Source: an uncultured Bacilli bacterium (lineage in GTDB: Bacteria; Bacillota_I; Bacilli_A; RF39; UBA660). From it: a DNA stretch of 64,000 bases. The stretch spans positions 9,342 to 73,341 of the forward strand of contig CALVYK010000004.1 of assembly GCA_944372195.1 (NCBI GenBank). Direction: 5' to 3'. The notes beneath the pieces were generated by a model. That model was not told where the DNA came from. It did not search any database and worked only from the letters and a program-made list of their open reading frames with translations. The number at the start of each line of letters is the position of its first letter. Positions within the stretch are counted from its first letter, which is position 1. The translations under genes and the position numbers were made by a program. This document shows positions 61,015 to 64,000 of the stretch, piece by piece.

Positions 61015-61771
61015 TTTTAGTATTTTCCTTTATAGCAAATTCACTAGAATTATAACCATTTGTTTCAATTTCTTTAACTAAACTACTATCACCACTTTTA
61101 ACAACATTACCATTTTTTAATATATGAACATAATCAGGTTTTATATAATCTAATAACCTTTGATAATGAGTAATAACAATTAAAATAGGTTTATATTCTT
61201 TAAAATAATCCATAACATTATTTCCAACTATTCTTAAACTATCAACATCAAGTCCAGAATCTATTTCATCTAAAATAACTAAAGAAGGTTCTAACATATA
61301 CATTTGTAATATTTCATTTTTCTTTCTTTCCCCACCAGAAAATCCAACATTAACACTTCGATGAATCATTTCTTTATCCATCTTTAATTTTGAGACAGTG
61401 TTTTCTAATTTTTTAATAAAATCAAATAATTTAAAATTAGTTCCTTCTTTTATATGACAAGCTGTTCTAAGTAAATCTGCATTTGTAACACCTTCAATTT
61501 CTAAAGGCATCTGCATACTTAAAAATAGACCTAATCGAGCTCTTTCATCAGTCGTATATTCATTTATTATAGTATCGTCATATTTAATAGTTCCTTCGAC
61601 TATTTTATAATTTGGATCACCCATTATAACTTTTGATAGAGTTGATTTACCAGTTCCATTAGGTCCCATGATAGCGTGAATTTCTCCAGATTTAACTTCT
61701 AAATTAAAGTTTTTTAAAATTATTTTATTTTCTATTTCAACAGTTAAATTTTCGATTTTTAATATATGCAT
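61007..61771 (-). CDS. sufC: Fe-S assembly ATPase SufC
   Basis: GPNGTGKST, GFSGGERKKNE, DEIDSGLD, ITHYQRLL. Confidence 0.96.
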   Translation of the reverse strand: MHILKIENLTVEIENKIILKNFNLEVKSGEIHAIMGPNGTGKSTLSKVIMGDPNYKIVEGTIKYDDTIINEYTTDERARLGLFLSMQMPLEIEGVTNADLLRTACHIKEGTNFKLFDFIKKLENTVSKLKMDKEMIHRSVNVGFSGGERKKNEILQMYMLEPSLVILDEIDSGLDVDSLRIVGNNVMDYFKEYKPILIVITHYQRLLDYIKPDYVHILKNGNVVKSGDSSLVKEIETNGYNSSEFAIKENTKNE

Positions 61772-61932
61772 AATATCACCAATACAATTATACACTAAAA
61801 AAAATTATTTTTTAAGTAAAACTGCATAATTTTATCAATATTTAATCAATATTAATATAGAATATTCGCAGATATTCACAAAATCTAGATAAACTAGATT
61901 TTTTTTGCTATAATTATAATGGAGGTAATAAT

Positions 61933-62292
61933 ATGGAGTGTTTATTTTGTAAAATTATTAATAAGGAAGTTCCATCATATAAAATATATGAAGATGAAGT
62001 AGTATATGCATTTTTAGACATTAATCCCGATAGTGTTGGTCATACTTTAATCATACCTAAAAAACATTATTTAGATTTAGATGATATCGACATTGATACT
62101 TTAAAACATATAATGGAGATAGCTAAAATGCTTAAAAAAAGAACCGAAGAAAGATTAAATTGTGATGGAATGACTTTGATTCAAAATAGTGGTGATATTC
62201 AAATTGTTAAACATTTTCACCTTCATTTAAAACCTTTTTACAAAAATAAAAAAGATAAAACTTTAGAAGAAGTATATAATTTATTAAAATAA
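61933..62292 (+). CDS. HIT family hydrolase
   Basis: CLFCKI, GHTLIIPKKH, HFHLH. Confidence 0.92.
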   Translation: MECLFCKIINKEVPSYKIYEDEVVYAFLDINPDSVGHTLIIPKKHYLDLDDIDIDTLKHIMEIAKMLKKRTEERLNCDGMTLIQNSGDIQIVKHFHLHLKPFYKNKKDKTLEEVYNLLK

Positions 62293-63138
62293 TTATACTT
62301 CTTTTAATTTTATCTTAATTTCTTTAGAAACAAGTTTATTATACAATTCCTCAATTTCTTCTTTAAAAAGCATATCGTTTGTTTCGTAAAATATAAAACT
62401 CTTAACAATATTTTCAATCAAATCAAAATTATAAGATATTTTATAAATAACATCATCAATGTCATTATTTTCAATAAGATTCATCAATTCAATTTCGTCA
62501 GGAAATATTAGTTCTGGATATTTTAATAAAATAACTTTTTTCCATTTATAAAAGGTCCTAATCATAAATAATAATACTTTTGAAAAACCTTTTATGTTTC
62601 CTAAATATAAAGCATCAACTACATTTAAAATATCTTGATAATCTTTAGTTTCCATATATAGATTAATAATTTCTTCTTTTGTTCTTTCTTTAAAAGTACT
62701 CATCATCTCTAAATAATAAAATTTGTTAAACTCATAAGCATATTCTTTAGATGTTGTAAGTAATATTGTTGCTTTTCCTTTAATATTTAAACGATTAAAT
62801 TTAAATGGTCCATTTATTATTATACCTAATAAATTAGGATTTTCTTCTATAGCAAAAAGTAAATCATCAATAGTTTTAAATTCACTTAAATATTGTAAAA
62901 TTGTTTTTTCTTCGTTTGTTATAAATTTTTTATTATCTTTATCAATTAATAATCTTATAGTATCTAAAAACATTAGACTTATTATTGTTTCATATACATT
63001 TGGCTTATTTTCTTTTAATTCATCCATTAATTCATAATATTTAAGCCCAGCACTATCACCATATTTATCTTGTAAAATAATATAAATATCTTCTAAATCA
63101 TTTCTAATATTTTCGTTTACATTTTCTATATTCAACAT
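62293..63138 (-). CDS. Hypothetical protein
   Basis: 281-aa ORF directly downstream of pnp. Confidence 0.7.
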   Translation of the reverse strand: MLNIENVNENIRNDLEDIYIILQDKYGDSAGLKYYELMDELKENKPNVYETIISLMFLDTIRLLIDKDNKKFITNEEKTILQYLSEFKTIDDLLFAIEENPNLLGIIINGPFKFNRLNIKGKATILLTTSKEYAYEFNKFYYLEMMSTFKERTKEEIINLYMETKDYQDILNVVDALYLGNIKGFSKVLLFMIRTFYKWKKVILLKYPELIFPDEIELMNLIENNDIDDVIYKISYNFDLIENIVKSFIFYETNDMLFKEEIEELYNKLVSKEIKIKLKEV

Positions 63139-63148
63139 TTTCTTTATC

Positions 63149-64000
63149 CTATTTTAAAGCTTCCTTACGAGATAAATTAAGTCTACCTTTTTTGTCATAT
63201 CCTAATGATTTAACAATTATTTCGTCTCCTACTTTGACTACATCGCTAGGTTTTTCAACTCTTTCTTTAGCTAAATGAGAAACGTGAACTAAACCTTCAA
63301 CTCCAGGCCATAATTCAACAAAACATCCAAAATCTTCAACTTTTACAACTTTACCAGTATAAATTTTACCTGTTTCAACTTCTCTAACAACATCTTTTAT
63401 CATATTAGCTGTTTTTTCAATTATATCTTTATCAGTATGATAAATTATTACTCTTCCATCATCTTCTAAATCAACTTTAACAGCATTGATATCAGTTACT
63501 GCATTTACGTTACTAGCTTCTAAAATGATTTTAGTAATCATTTCGCCACCTTTACCAATAACATCTTTAATTTTGTTTGGATCAATTGTAAATGTCATCA
63601 TTTTAGGTGCGTATTTACTTACTTCTTTACGAGGCTCTTTAATTTGTTTAGTAATTACTTTTAATATTTCTAATCTTGCTTTATGAGCTTGGTCTAAAGC
63701 TTCTTTTAATATTTGTTTAGTTATACCTTTAATTTTAATATCCATCTGTAATGCACAAATACCATTTTTAGTACCAGCCACTTTAAAATCCATATCGCCT
63801 AAATGATCTTCTAATCCTTGAATATCAGTTAAAATAGTATAATCATCACCACTAGTAATTAATCCCATGGCAATACCAGCTACAGGAGCTTTAATGGGAA
63901 CACCAGCCGCCATTAAACTCATACAACCCGCACAAATACTTGCTTGACTGCTACTACCGTTAGATTCCAATATTTCAGATACAACTCTTATTGTATAAGG
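63149..64000 (-). CDS. pnp: Polyribonucleotide nucleotidyltransferase (3' part; runs off the window)
   Basis: [21 protein letters not shown] domain IGKGG, S1 domain GLVHVS. Confidence 0.97.
   Translation of the reverse strand, partial: PYTIRVVSEILESNGSSSQASICAGCMSLMAAGVPIKAPVAGIAMGLITSGDDYTILTDIQGLEDHLGDMDFKVAGTKNGICALQMDIKIKGITKQILKEALDQAHKARLEILKVITKQIKEPRKEVSKYAPKMMTFTIDPNKIKDVIGKGGEMITKIILEASNVNAVTDINAVKVDLEDDGRVIIYHTDKDIIEKTANMIKDVVREVETGKIYTGKVVKVEDFGCFVELWPGVEGLVHVSHLAKERVEKPSDVVKVGDEIIVKSLGYDKKGRLNLSRKEALK

Overview
Very AT-rich chromosome segment in genetic code 11 (TGA is used as a stop). It comes from a spore-forming, reduced-genome Bacilli/Firmicutes lineage; ylbJ, spoIVB, spoIIM, pilin-like genes and the composition suggest a gut RF39-like organism (inference). 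Housekeeping genes: mutS, nusB, xseAB, mnmA, rarA, xerD, holA, sufCDS, pnp. Accessory content: (1) a giant type IV pilin-like adhesin with four 528-bp repeats; (2) a CsoR copper/zinc operon; (3) a cell-wall O-acylation operon and a peptidoglycan deacetylase that share a promoter element; (4) a compact type II-A CRISPR-Cas9 locus (cas9, tracrRNA, cas1, cas2, csn2-like, 39 repeats and 38 spacers) bracketed by an identical 39-bp direct repeat; (5) a minimal flavinylation/extracellular electron transfer cluster. Two observations stand out. First, the tracrRNA carries two tandem anti-repeats. The hairpin between them has a loop complementary to the leader/repeat-1 junction, and its 3' arm matches the cas9 promoter, which suggests an RNA autoregulatory device. 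Second, three unannotated type I toxin-antitoxin-like modules share one RNA architecture although the 11 kb pair and the 53.7 kb module differ in sequence. All calls come from reading the sequence by eye; no searches were run. No tRNA or rRNA was seen.
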